Source: Camelus dromedarius
Taxonomy: Eukaryota
Length of the DNA stretch: 64,000 nt
Reading direction: 5' to 3'
Assembly: GCF_036321535.1 (NCBI RefSeq)
Contig: NC_087437.1
Span: forward strand, 12,712,001-12,776,000
The stretch's first letter is position 1, and every line of letters begins with the position of its first letter. Of this stretch, positions 11,961-23,845 are shown piece after piece. The position numbers and the translations under genes were made by a program. Below the pieces are notes generated by a model. That model did no database searches. It was not told the DNA's origin and saw nothing but the letters and a program-made list of their open reading frames with translations.

Positions 11961-12077
11961 GGGGTAGGTTATAGCTCAGTGGTAGAGTGCCTGCTTAGCA
12001 TGCACGAGGTCCTGGGTTCAATCCCAAATACCTTCATTTAAATAAATAAATAAACTTTTTTTTTTTTAATTAAAAAT
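11961..12077 (+). mobile_element. tRNA-Ala(AGC)-derived SINE, camelid vic-1 type
   Basis: tRNA-like head with A box (tagctcagtggt) and B box (ggttcaatccc), AT-rich tail, and TSD aaaaatgcaa / aaaaatgtaa (11951-11960, 12078-12087). Confidence 0.88.
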
Positions 12078-12949
12078 AAAAATGTAATGGGGATAGTGTT
12101 GGGGCCAGGAGTCAGGGGAGGAAATGTGAGAAATATCTTCACCAGAAGAATCTAAGATGGAAAGCCTTCAAGTTAGAGGGATTGCTGGAACAGAATAAAA
12201 AAGGTACCCAGAGGTTACCTAAGATGATAATCAAAAATCAGAACTTTGAAAATAAACCATCTTGTAGTGTGCCAATTAACAAAAAGCAACTGTTCCCTAT
12301 TTCCAAAATAGTTCAGCACAGATAAGCCCAGATGTCTTATATAACTGATATCTTTGTCTAATAGCTTACTCCTTTACTTTGAGGATGCTGTCTGAATGTG
12401 GAAAAATCTAGAGCGGGTCCAAGAACGCTAACTCTTTAAGGAATATATTTCTAGTTTAAACATTGTTTGGGAAAAATAAAAGAACAAGACCAGCCTGTTT
12501 AGTAAATGACACACTACACAGTGCTACCCAATCCTAGAAAGCCTGGCACGTAGTAGGTATTCAGTAAATAATTTTGCAGAGTGAATCTGAGGCATATCAG
12601 AGAAGTTTCTCAAAGCAAAACATCTCACCCATCACCATGATGGTGCTGAAACTCGGCCAGGATCCTTGAGTTCTGTTTTCTCAAGTGTTCTTGGTTGAAC
12701 ACCAGAGATTATCAAGAACTGGTTAAAGCATTGTTCTTCGTTAGGAATGCAAGACAGGATGGTATGAGGAGTGAAAGAGGAGAGATTATGGTACCAGGAG
12801 AAAGAACTGGGGCTGGGGACAGAGAGAGAGAGATAAAAGCATCTAACTGTGTGAAACTGAGTGGAGAAAGTAAACACGTTCTATGGAAATAGACCAGCTG
12901 TAGCTCTGCCAATGCTTACCCTTCATTTTATGAAGAAGGAGAACCCCGT

Positions 12950-13175
12950 TTATGGAGAACCCTGCTGTCTGTTTGGTGTAGTACTGGGCAGGCTCTTTCA
13001 CACATACTAGCTTAATGAACTTTCAGCAACCCTGAGAGAGAGGTATTATTATTTTCATTTCACAGTCAAGGAAATTAAATGTCATAGAAAGTCAAAGAGC
13101 TGAGTAAGTGGTGGAGCTGAAATCCAAACCCAAGTCTCTCTTACTCCAAACTACACCCTTTTGTCACACTGCCAA
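12950..13175 (-). mobile_element. MIR SINE fragment
   Basis: cagcaaccctgagagagaggtattattattttcatttcacag...aaacccaagtct pattern. Confidence 0.65.
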
Positions 13176-14199
13176 GTTGGCTAGCATACTTGGCAATATA
13201 GCATACTTGGCAATGTGTTAGGAAGTTGGCAATACTGGTGAATAATTCTGGCCCTCAGTAAAATCCTCTGGTTGTTACAGTTCATTGTTGAGCTATGGTG
13301 ACAAGCATCCGCAGTTTGTTTGACTGACTAGAACTTCTCCTTGAAACTAGCCTGAATCTGCTTTATCCTATCTTGCTACAAAATAAGTTGCTTTTTGGAG
13401 TCCAAAGGATCAAAGACTCCTGAGGTCCAAGATCCTGTGGGTCCTGGGACATCTCCCCATCTGTATGCTTTTAAACCTTATAATAGAAACCCAGTGTTAC
13501 GATTATAGAAGACACTCAAATAGTTGACTTTCAAATGTAGAAGGGAAAATACAGAAGTACCATGGGATTGGACTCTTGGATTGACATTTTGGAGAACTTC
13601 AAATTCACAGGAAAAGATACTTAAAGCAGCGTAAAAAAAATACTCAAAGTGTTCCGTCATACAGAGAAGACTTGTTTGTGGACACTCCACCTATTATAAG
13701 AATTATTTGCCTTTCTTTAACCTATTTTTATGTATTACTATTTTTTCATCTCCCATTCCAGCATTTTACAAATAATGTTTCTCAGGATACTAGCTCCTTG
13801 AAATATAAAGGGGTATTTTGGAAATTATAAATCCCTGAAACCATGCACAGTATTGCATTGTACCCACCCATAAGACATTGATAAGATACATTAGCATTTT
13901 ATATCTGTAAGCAACCCTGCAGTAAACAAGTCAAACTTAGCCTTGAAACTCTACTTGTGGGAATATTTTAACATTGATGAACTTTTGTTTTAATGAGAAG
14001 ACTTTGGGAAATGCTGCCACTTTTTATACTATTTCTGTTACTACATCATGTTTGTTTAGGTAGGTATAAAGCAAACAACAAAATGCCCCCACAATTCTAT
14101 CACTCAGACAGCTACTGTTAACAATTTGGTGAATATCATTCCACTCCTTTTGTAAATGCTCAAAAACACATACTTTTTTTTTTAAAGAGAACAGTAGGC

Positions 14200-15135
14200 G
14201 ATAGTAAGTTATTTAAAATTTTAAAATGAGTTCCATTCTAACAGTGGCTAAAATTAAAACACCAACTGTCGGTGAGGATGTGGAGTAATGCTCTCGTATC
14301 CTGCTGGTAGTATATAGCTTAGTAAAACCACTTTGGAAAACTGTTTAGTAGCAGCTACTAAGCTAAACATTTATCTATAATATGAACCCAAAATTCTACT
14401 CCTAGGTACATACAAACAGAAATGCATACTCACATGGACCAAAGGACACAAGGAATGTACATAGCAACGCTATTCGTAGTGGCCTCAAGCTAGAAATAAT
14501 CCCCGAGTCAATCAGTGGTGGAATGGATGTATCGTATGTGCACACAATGGTGAACTGTCCATCAATGGCAGTGAGTGATTACTACTCCACCTACCGTGTG
14601 TGCATTTCACGAGTGTGATGTCAAGCTAAAGAAGTCAAGCAGAAAAGAATATATACTGTCTCTGTCCCTGTATTTATATAAACTTACTATGATGTTAGAA
14701 GTCAGGATGTGGTTACCTGGGGGAAGATTCTGGGTGCTGGAAACTTCTAATTTATATATATATATATATATTTTTTTTAAACTAGGTGGTGAATACATGA
14801 TTATGTTCATTTTGAAAATTCATCGGAGGGTGCGAAGGGATAGACTGGGATTTCAAAATTGTAGAATAGATAAACAAAATTATATTGTATAGCACAGGGA
14901 AATATACACAAAACATTATGGTAGCTCACAGAGAAAAAAATGTGACAATGAGTTTGTATATGTCCATGTATGACTGAAAAATTGTGCTGAACACTGGAAT
15001 TTGACACAACATTGTAAAATGATTATAAATCAATAAAAAATGTAAAAAAAAAAAAAAAGAAAATTCATCCAGCTGTACACATTTGAATTTTATGCTTTTC
15101 TAAATGAACATTATGCTTTCATTCAAAAGTTTAAA
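14200..15135 (+). mobile_element. Ancient L1 (L1M/L1ME-like) 3' fragment hosting a younger L1
   Basis: aaaccactttggaaaactgtt...ctactcctaggta, followed by 3' UTR motifs. Includes a (TA)n run at about 14753-14771. Confidence 0.8.
14825..15058 (+). mobile_element. Young L1 3' end with poly-A tail
   Basis: Same 3' UTR family as 1680-1930, poly-A tail, and exact 11-bp TSD gaaaattcatc (14814-14824, 15059-15069). Confidence 0.9.
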
Positions 15136-15937
15136 AATGCTATTACACCAACAGGATAGAAATGAGGATGAGAGTGTGTGGAAAGACAGGCTCACTGATG
15201 CCTCTGAGTCGATTCCTGATTTAGAAGACTTGTGTTCTGAATGTGAAGTGGAAGGAATACCCTTACCAGTTTATTTCATGTGTGTTTTCTTTTTTTATAT
15301 GTGCAAAAAAAATGATGTAAGATTGGACAGTTCTTTCAATAAACACAAAAGGAAACTTAGGTGATTAAAAAAAAAATGCTGCCACAGCTGAAACTCCACA
15401 AAATCATTAACGAAATCTTTTAATTACCATATTTACCTGCATACCTTCACTTCCTGAACTCCTTCAGTTTTCAAGAAATACAGAATTGCCCTAATAACAA
15501 ACAATAATTATAACTCACGTATTGGCACTAACTGTATACTGGCACTGTGCCAACACTTTACTTTCATTATCTACTTTAATTCTTATAGGAATAGTACAAG
15601 TTAGGAATTTATTTTCAAAATTACAAAGGTAACACCTTCTGGTTGTAAAAAAAACAGTAAAAAGTGTGTCCAGTAAGAAATGCAGACTTTTCTTAGCATG
15701 TTTTTTCCCCATAGATATCACTGATTAACAAGTTGGTATGTGTCCCTCCAGATCTTTTATATGTACGTGGAAACACATGCATAGAAGACAGGGAGTCATT
15801 AACGGGGTCATATTATAATTATAAATACATCCCTGTGAGTTGTTTTACTTGCTTGGTGTCTCCTAGAAATCCTTCTATGTCTGTGCACAGCCCTATCTTT
15901 TAATGGCTGCAGTAATTATTTAACCATTTCACTACAA

Positions 15938-16171
15938 GCAGGCACTCAACCAGGAGCACTATTGGCATTTTGGACAGGATGATTCTGTAAAGACCTGACC
16001 TACGCATGGTGGGATGTTTACCAGCATTCCTGGCCTCTACCCACTGGAAGCCAATAGCAAACCACCTCTCTCCCCACCTACCACACACCCACACTGTGAC
16101 AAAAACATCTCCAGACATTTTGTCCCCTGGGAGACCAAATCCTTCCCTCCCACCACCAATGAGAACCAGTG
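15938..16171. mobile_element. MER20-like hAT-Charlie DNA transposon
   Basis: cactattggcattttgg...cctggcctctacccact...ctccagacatt...tgagaaccagtg. Confidence 0.8.
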
Positions 16172-16919
16172 GTATAGAAGGATGTTTATGTTGTTATTTC
16201 CAACAAAGTGGAAGGGATTCACTGGACATCTTATTATTATTTATTATAAACCACTTTTTACAGGTGAGAAACCTGAGGCTAGGATGGTCGATCTGCCCAA
16301 GGTCCCACTGCTATAATGGGAAAAGTGAGGCAGGCACCCAGTTCTGTTGTTATCTCCAGAGTTTATGATTTTAATCTCCTTTTCAATTCTACTATAACTT
16401 GACCATCCAGAGGTTGTCTTAGAGACCACTCTAAAGGAGATAGTCTGAACAGTAGCTATCACTATTTCTTGAGGGTAAAATAAATATTAAAACTGTCTTA
16501 GCTCTGACAAACATCCTTCTGCTTCTTCTGACAAAAGCAGAGGTTAAAAATTTTCAGCTTTTTAAAGGTGCCCATAGCAGAACCAAGTCATTTGTAATAA
16601 ACATTTAAACTAAACAGAAAACTTCATGAATTTTTTTACACAGATAGCTAATGTAATATCGCCACAGGTAACATATTCAGTTCTGATGAAGTGCCCTGAC
16701 AACTGAGTTTACACTGGGAACAGGTCCAAGGTCAGGGTTCTAGGTCTGTCATCATTATTCCTCTTGCACCCCGTGTAGGACAGAGATCTTGTGGTGTGAG
16801 CAACTGATAACAAAGCACGCGAAGCAACAGAGGGAGAGTGAAACAAGTTCACAATTAACATAGCTGTTAATATTTATTGCTTACTCTCTGCCATATATTT
16901 AAATCTCCAGTTATCTCAT

Positions 16920-17350
16920 TCCATTCCACAAACATTTACGCACCTCCTATGTGACAGGTGGGGCACCAGGGACTTCACATACAGGAGTAAACCAGAGGCA
17001 TAAATCGTGCCACTGTGAAAGCACGTGAAAGACGTTAACTAACTAGCCGTGTAAATAACTGATCACTGGCGGGAAATGTAATGAGGTAGGGGATGGGAGA
17101 GGCATTCTTAAAAAAAAAAAAAAACTCTGAGCTCTGAGGATGGAGTGCCAACGGCACGTGTGGCACTCCAGGCAGGCTGGGCTATGATACCGCTGAGGAA
17201 GTGAGAGGAGACGGCTCTGGCCAGGGTTGGATCAAGCCAGGCATATGGGGTTATGTTATGGATTTTTATCTTTGCTCCTGAGAAGTCCACGGAAAAACCA
17301 GTGGAGGTTTTTTTAGGCAGTGGGATGCCATGATTACATTTGGAGTTTCC
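16920..17350 (-). mobile_element. L2 3' fragment
   Basis: Reverse L2 terminus cattccacaaacatttacgcacctcctatgtgacagg, followed by L2-like purine-rich sequence. Confidence 0.65.
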
Positions 17351-19088
17351 TATTCTCCTTGCTCCAATATTATTACTGCTATCTTATTCTTACAGAAAAG
17401 GAAATCAGAGACAAGTCTTAAGAGATTAGACTAACTTGCCTACTATGACATATTCTTTCACTGCTGTTGGTGTTGCGATATCATGTACACATACACACCG
17501 TATGCAGAGAGAGCTGATGGCTACTCTGAAGCTTTATTAAGTTACACAGTCTTATATAGCAAAGAAGAATGACAAGGGAAATGGTTAACAGGCAGTGTCT
17601 CGCTCAAGGTCAGAAGACCCTTTATGTTTTGGTAAATCACTTTTGTGTTGGCACCAGCGAGCCTTACAGCATACCAGGGTGGAGTGTATGAGAAGCAGCT
17701 GCTTAACAATATTCTTCTTGGACTCAGGCGGCTGTGCCTGTCTTAGGTTGCCCCCCTCTGGGGATCTTACCCGTCATTGGCTAACCAGACTTCTCACCTC
17801 TGAGTCTGCAGCTTTTTATAACTTGTTTACCATTCCAGCCCAAGGCTCATTCCTTTGTTCCCAGTCGGGGGGCTACACACTACTAGAAAAATAAGATAAA
17901 GCGGGTCAGGGTTATTGTTGTTTCCCTCTTAATAACAAGTAATGGCTCCTCCAGAGTACTGGCCTGAAAATGTTCCCTTTACTGGAGATCTGGGGACCTC
18001 TGCTTCAACAATGAGCCTTGAAAGCTGAGCAGAGGATATGTTGCTATTGATTCTCTGCTTCTATTTTGCTCTTTAGTTTTCATACTTTTAATATAAGAAT
18101 ATTCCTTCTGATGAAAAATCTGATGCAGAATAATATGATCAGCAAAGAGTGATTGCTAATAGAGTTCTAAGAACAAAAAATTCTCAGTGCCTCTAATGTG
18201 AAGTCCAGACAACCACCACTTATGGGCTGTCATTTTAAAATCTGTCTGCCTAAACACATCATTGATAAATTCACTGCTTTCTTGTGTTACAGGTGATGAA
18301 GTACTCTCCACCACATCTGAGCTAACCCCTTCCAGAGGGTCTCTGACAACCACATAATGATTACTTCACCCGACTGTGGACATCTGATAAGACAGAGGCG
18401 TATAAGCCTAAAATGTTTTGTCATTACCTTGGTAATACGTTTCTCTCAGGAATTTACCAGACTGCACAATTCTTGCTTTTTAATTAAGCTGTCTCCCACC
18501 TTCACTCTTTCACATTCTGTTTTATTCTTTGCTCAGTGGTTTCCAGAAACTAACCACAAAAGATGTTTCTCACAGCTGTTTTTAATCCTCTGCCTCAATT
18601 TTACAGGTTTTGTTTGTAAAACCGTTTGTTTCGAAGTATAATTTCTCTGGGTTTCTAGTTTCTTCATCTGTAAAATGTAAAGAATTTGGATTCCATACTC
18701 CCTTCTGACTAAATGTTTCTATGATCTTTTGGTCTTCCCATTATTCATATGTAAGAGTAATTTGAGAACTAGGTCCAATGCATTGCATTTGCCCCATCAT
18801 GGCTTTAGAGAACCCTTTTTTTGCCTGTAACTTGTTACCAAACATTTCATATTTTGCCCACACTGTTGGCTTTTGAAAGAATGAACACAGCCAGCCTTCT
18901 TTCATCAGCACTGAATGAGAGCATCATTGTTAACCAGCAGGGCTCAAAAATCCAATAGTTTAACAGTCAGGAGGGAGACATGTGACTGGATCTATTTTGT
19001 TGTGCTTGGTTTTGGTAATGTCAAAAATGCCTTCTGCTGGTATAACATTATTTTGGCATCTTTTCCTTTTATTAGACTGTCCTCTTCA

Positions 19089-19317
19089 CAGACTCACAGA
19101 TATAGAGAATAAACTAGTGGTTACCAGGGTGGGGCCGGGTTGGGGAGGGAGAGAGACAAACTACTGGGTGTGAGACAGGCTCAAGGATGTATTGTACAAC
19201 ACAGGGAATAGAGCCAATATTTTGTAATAACTGTAAATAGAAAGTAACCTTTAAAATTGTATAAGAATAAAAATTAAATAAAATCGCATGTCATTCCCTT
19301 TAAAGAAAAAAAAAAAA
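19089..19317 (+). mobile_element. 5'-truncated L1 3' UTR with A tail
   Basis: actcacagatatagagaataaactagtggttacc...; partial TSD cctcttca on both sides. Confidence 0.8.
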
Positions 19318-20267
19318 GGAATGGCCTCTTCAAAGGTCATGGAATCAGGGGAGGGGGAGTCATGCTTCTGGGAAACTATAATTTCACCTTATCTCATCAT
19401 CCAACTTCTTCCACTGGAGAGAGCTGAGCCATGAGTCTCAGCACAGGAGATACCTTAGCTTAGGGATGTTCAGGCCCTGAATGAGCTAACCATTCATGTC
19501 ACTTCCACCGAGGAAAGCCATCTAGATTTTTCCTAGCCCTTAAAGGCCTCCGCGTGGACTGGGTGGATTTTTATTGAATTGATTTGTTTTCACTTCTGAA
19601 GTTCCCCTGTTCTACCTCTTGACTGATTTTATATGTTAAATTTTTATCAGCTTAAAACAAGTCACAAAATCATTTGCAGATAAACTTGAATTGTAGCAAA
19701 GTCAAGAATTAAATTTTTTTAAAAAATCAATGCCATAGCCCCCAGTAACTTGCTATCATTCTATTTTCATGTTGACAGTTGTGTTTGGAGAGTTGTGACC
19801 TCTCGTACAAAAAGTCCTTTCGGGGATTGCAGTAATGAAGACTGGCAGCTGCGTTGTTATGCCTTCTTATTGGGCCTGAATTCTGGTGATAATCGTCCAT
19901 CTGTCCACTCAGTCTCCTTGTAGCTAGCTCTTCTCTTTCCTCCTCCCATATCAACTTCCTAGCACCAGACTGAAACCAAAAAGGCATCAGAAACCCAAGT
20001 TTGATGCTTTCCTTCTCCAGAAAGCTGGTGATTTGGAACCACGTAGCAAAGATGCAATGGAATTGGTCATCAGGCAAACGTAATAAAACTAGAATTAGAA
20101 AGGATCTTTTAGTCGAAATAGAATTCTATACTTTCTCACTGACCTCCATGACAAAGCTCCGAAATTTAACTAGAAATAATGCCTTTTAGCCCATATTTAG
20201 AAAGGACAGAAAAATTGCAAATATTGCTGCTACAGGTAACTTGCTGACTCAGTTTTACTTTACATTA

Positions 20268-20916
20268 TGCTATTGTTCAAATGTTTGTACCCCTCCACCC
20301 CAGATTCATACTAAATCCTGATGCCCAGTGTGATGGGGCTGGGAAGAAGGGCCTTTGGGGGACATTTAAGTGCTGAGGGCCCGCCCTCAGCAATGAGATT
20401 AATGCCCTTATTAAAAAGACCTGACAAACTGAATATGATATGGCCTTGCCCCTGAGGAAATCACAAACCAGGGGAGAAAAATGTACAGAACTAATATTAA
20501 CATTATATATTTGCTAATAAAAAGAGAAAATATACAAATTTCCTTGTACCATCCATCGGTGCAATATAACAGACAGGCATTTGAAACTATGGAAGAATAA
20601 CTGCAAGGATAACGAGATTGGGTGGTTATTACCAAGGTGCATGGATGCTCCTCAGAAATAAACTAGATGCTCAGGGAAATTAACAAGGGGGAAAAAAGAA
20701 ACCTGACATGGAGTTCCCTGACCCTTAGACCACATGAGGACACAGCAGGAAGCTGGCATTCTGCCACCCAGAAGAGGGCCTTGACTAGACACCAAATCTG
20801 GTGGTGCCATTATCCTGGATTTACCAGCCTCCAGAACCATAAGAAATAAATGTTTCTTGTTTATAAGTCACTCAGTCTCTGTCGTCTTGTTACAGCAGCT
20901 CAAACAGACTAAGACA
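20268..20916 (+). mobile_element. MLT1A-like MaLR solo LTR interrupted by a ~270-bp insert
   Basis: TG...CA ends, aatgagattaatgcccttattaaaa, and cagcctccagaaccataagaaataaatgtttcttgtttataag...gactaagaca. Confidence 0.85.
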
Positions 20917-22059
20917 TTGCTTTTCCATAAAGTTGGTTTTGTCTGGGCAGACTGGAATTTCAGAGAGAAGGAAGGAAGGAGTTACAGGGAAAGAAGACTG
21001 AGCAAAAGAGTTGGGGGAACACTGGAGATAAACTGCAGGATTCCCAAACCAGGCCCACGGCCAGCTTTGAGTGCGGTTCAGATAGATGGAAAGCGTGACT
21101 CTATTCTCATGAAGCAAGGCCCTAAACTGGTCCCAGACTTCAATCTCCAGTGTTCCTTCAATCAGACCAAACCTGAAGGATACAGGCAAAGTATGTGCAA
21201 AATGGAATAATAAATACTATATTCCTACTTTGGGAACAAAGCCATTTTACATTTGAGTTATGTATGCAACATGCTATGTGTTTTATAAAGTGATTGCGTT
21301 ATTAAGACAATTTTAAAGTGATGAAATGGAGATTCAGGGACGCCATTACATATGTCCGTTATCACCCAAGTAATACACATGGAGCTACGATTCAAATATG
21401 AGTATGTCCAACTCATGCTGTCTTTTTGTATCTTACCTTTCTAAACTTAAGACTGTGGTATGCTTATTTATCTAATAGTTCCTCAAGGCCCCTTTCTCCA
21501 GTCTTGACTATCCTACTCTTATCATCATAGAGTATTGATATAAACATTGAGAAAACTTACTCCAAGAAAATTCAACAGAAGGCAGTATTTTCTGGATGAA
21601 TTTAAATGTCATTTTCAAAAAGAACTATTTTCACTGGCACTTAGAGGGCATTTTACAATATTGTAACAAACCATTATAATGTCTACTCTAGGCAAAATTG
21701 CGAAATAGGTTAACTTTATCTTTCAAGACATTGGCCACAAATTCTGTGCCTTATCCCATCTTAAAAAGGATCTGAAAATCATTCAGGCTTTGCTGAATAA
21801 GACAAAACAGACAAGAGCCTCTGTTTTCTGTGGGATTTAAAGCTTCAAGGTGCTGCCTTACTTCTCAGATCATTCTATATGTTCACAGCGATCACGAAGC
21901 TTTAAGTAGGAAACAGCTTCCAAAATGATCTGACACAGAATGCTTTTTTCTCCACATATAATCTCAAGATGTGCATTTGGGAAATGCTGGCTCATGGGAT
22001 ACCAGCCAAGTTTTCCCTGTTAACACTTACTCATGTATACTTAAGTATACACACTATAA

Positions 22060-23845
22060 GTGAATAATCCTAAAATGAATAATCCTAAAATGAAATTAAG
22101 ACAACAATTCCATTTACAATAGCATCAAAAATAAAATACTTTGGAATAAATTTAACAAGAGAAGTATCACCTTATCTTCTCAAAACTACAAAACATTGTT
22201 GAAAAAATTAAACAAGATCTAAATAAATGGAAAGGCATCTCATATTCTTGGATTGGAAGACAATATTGTTAAAATGACAATAATCCCCAAATTGATCTAC
22301 AGATTCAATGCAATCTTGAGCTGAATTCCAGCTGGCTTCTTTGTAAGAACTGGCAAGCTGATCCTAAAATTCATACAAAACTCAAGGGACTTAGAACAGC
22401 TAAAAAGATATTGAAATAGAAGAACAAAGTTAGAAGACCCCCAAATCTCAATTTCATAACTTACTACCAAGCAACACTCATCAGGACAATGTGGAGCTGG
22501 CATGAGGATCAACATATTGGTCAGTGGAGTACAGTTGAGAGTCCAGAAATTAATCCTTGTATCTATAGTCAATTGATTTTCAACAGGGATACCAAGATTA
22601 TTCAATAGGAAAAGAATTGCCTTGTCAACAAACAGTACTGGAACAACTGGATGGCCACACGCTGAAGACTGAGGTTGGACCCTTACTTTACACCATATAC
22701 AAAAATTTACTTTAAAAAATGGATCAAGACCTACATGGAAGAGTCAAAACTGTAAAACTCTTACAGAAAAAGCTAGAGCTAAGACTTTATGACCTTGCCT
22801 TTGGAATAAATTATTAAATACAACACCAAAAGCATTAGCGTTAACAGCAACAACAAATACACAAATTAGAGTTCATAAAAATTAACACCTTTTGTGCTAT
22901 ATAAAAGATACAATCAAGACAGTGAAAAGACAAGCCACAGAACAGGAAAAAATATTTGCAGATCATATCTAATAAGGGACTTGTCTCCAGAATATATAAA
23001 GAACTTTTGTAATTCCCAATAATAGAACGAGAACCCAATTTTTAAAAAGGAAAAAAAATCTGAATTGGCATGTCTCCAGAGAAGATAAACAAATGGCCAA
23101 CAAGCACATGAAAAGATACTCAACATCATTAGTCTTTACGGAAATGCCAATCAAAGTCACAATACCACTACACACCCAATTGGATGGCTCTCATCAAAAA
23201 GTCAATAAATAAGTGTTGGCCGAATGTGGAGAAATCAGAATCCTCATACTCAGCTACAGGAACAAAAAATAGTGCAGCCGCTTTGGAAAACAATCTGACA
23301 GCTTCTCAACATTTAAACACAGAATTAAGATTTGACTCAGCAGCTCTACTCCTAATTATTTACCCAAGAAAACTGAAAACATATCCACACAAAAGCTTAT
23401 ACCTGGAAGTTTACAGCAGCATTATTTATAATATCCAAAAGGTGGAAACTGCCCATATGCCTGTCAACTGATAAACAAAATATATCCATACAATGGAATA
23501 TTATTTGGCCATAAAAGGAATGAGGTACATGCTACATGCTACAACATGGATAAACTTAAAAAATATTTTGCTAAGTGAAAGAAGCCAGTCACTAAAGATC
23601 ACATTATTACATGATTCTATTTATATGAAACATCCAGAACAGCAAAACATACAGTGACAGAAAGTAGTTTGGCGATCAGGAGAGTTGGAAGGACTGGTGA
23701 GCGACAGCTAACAGAATATTGTTTCTTTTTAAGGTGATGAAAATGTTCTAAAATTGATTATGGTGAAGGTTGCAAACTCCATGACTATAGTTTTTGTGTA
23801 CTTGAATGAATTTTATGGTATAGGATTGTACCTCAACAAAGATTT
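22060..23845 (+). mobile_element. Degenerate LINE-1 (ORF2 3' part and 3' UTR, L1MB-like)
   Basis: caattccatttacaatagcatcaaaa, cccaaattgatctacagattcaatgcaatc, and an L1 3' UTR with gtgatgaaaatgttctaaaattgatt. Confidence 0.9.

Noticed and set aside
11961..12036. tRNA-Ala(AGC) gene (also 40084-40160)
   Set aside because: Imperfect stems, A/T-rich tails and TSDs indicate tRNA-derived SINEs.
11633..12325. Two long stop-free plus-strand frames with short motifs (FTDRIY, KYLH..LRWK) reminiscent of DUF4549/CCDC162
   Set aside because: Motif spacing does not fit my recollection of that family, there are no convincing splice boundaries, and open frames of this length occur by chance in 64 kb.
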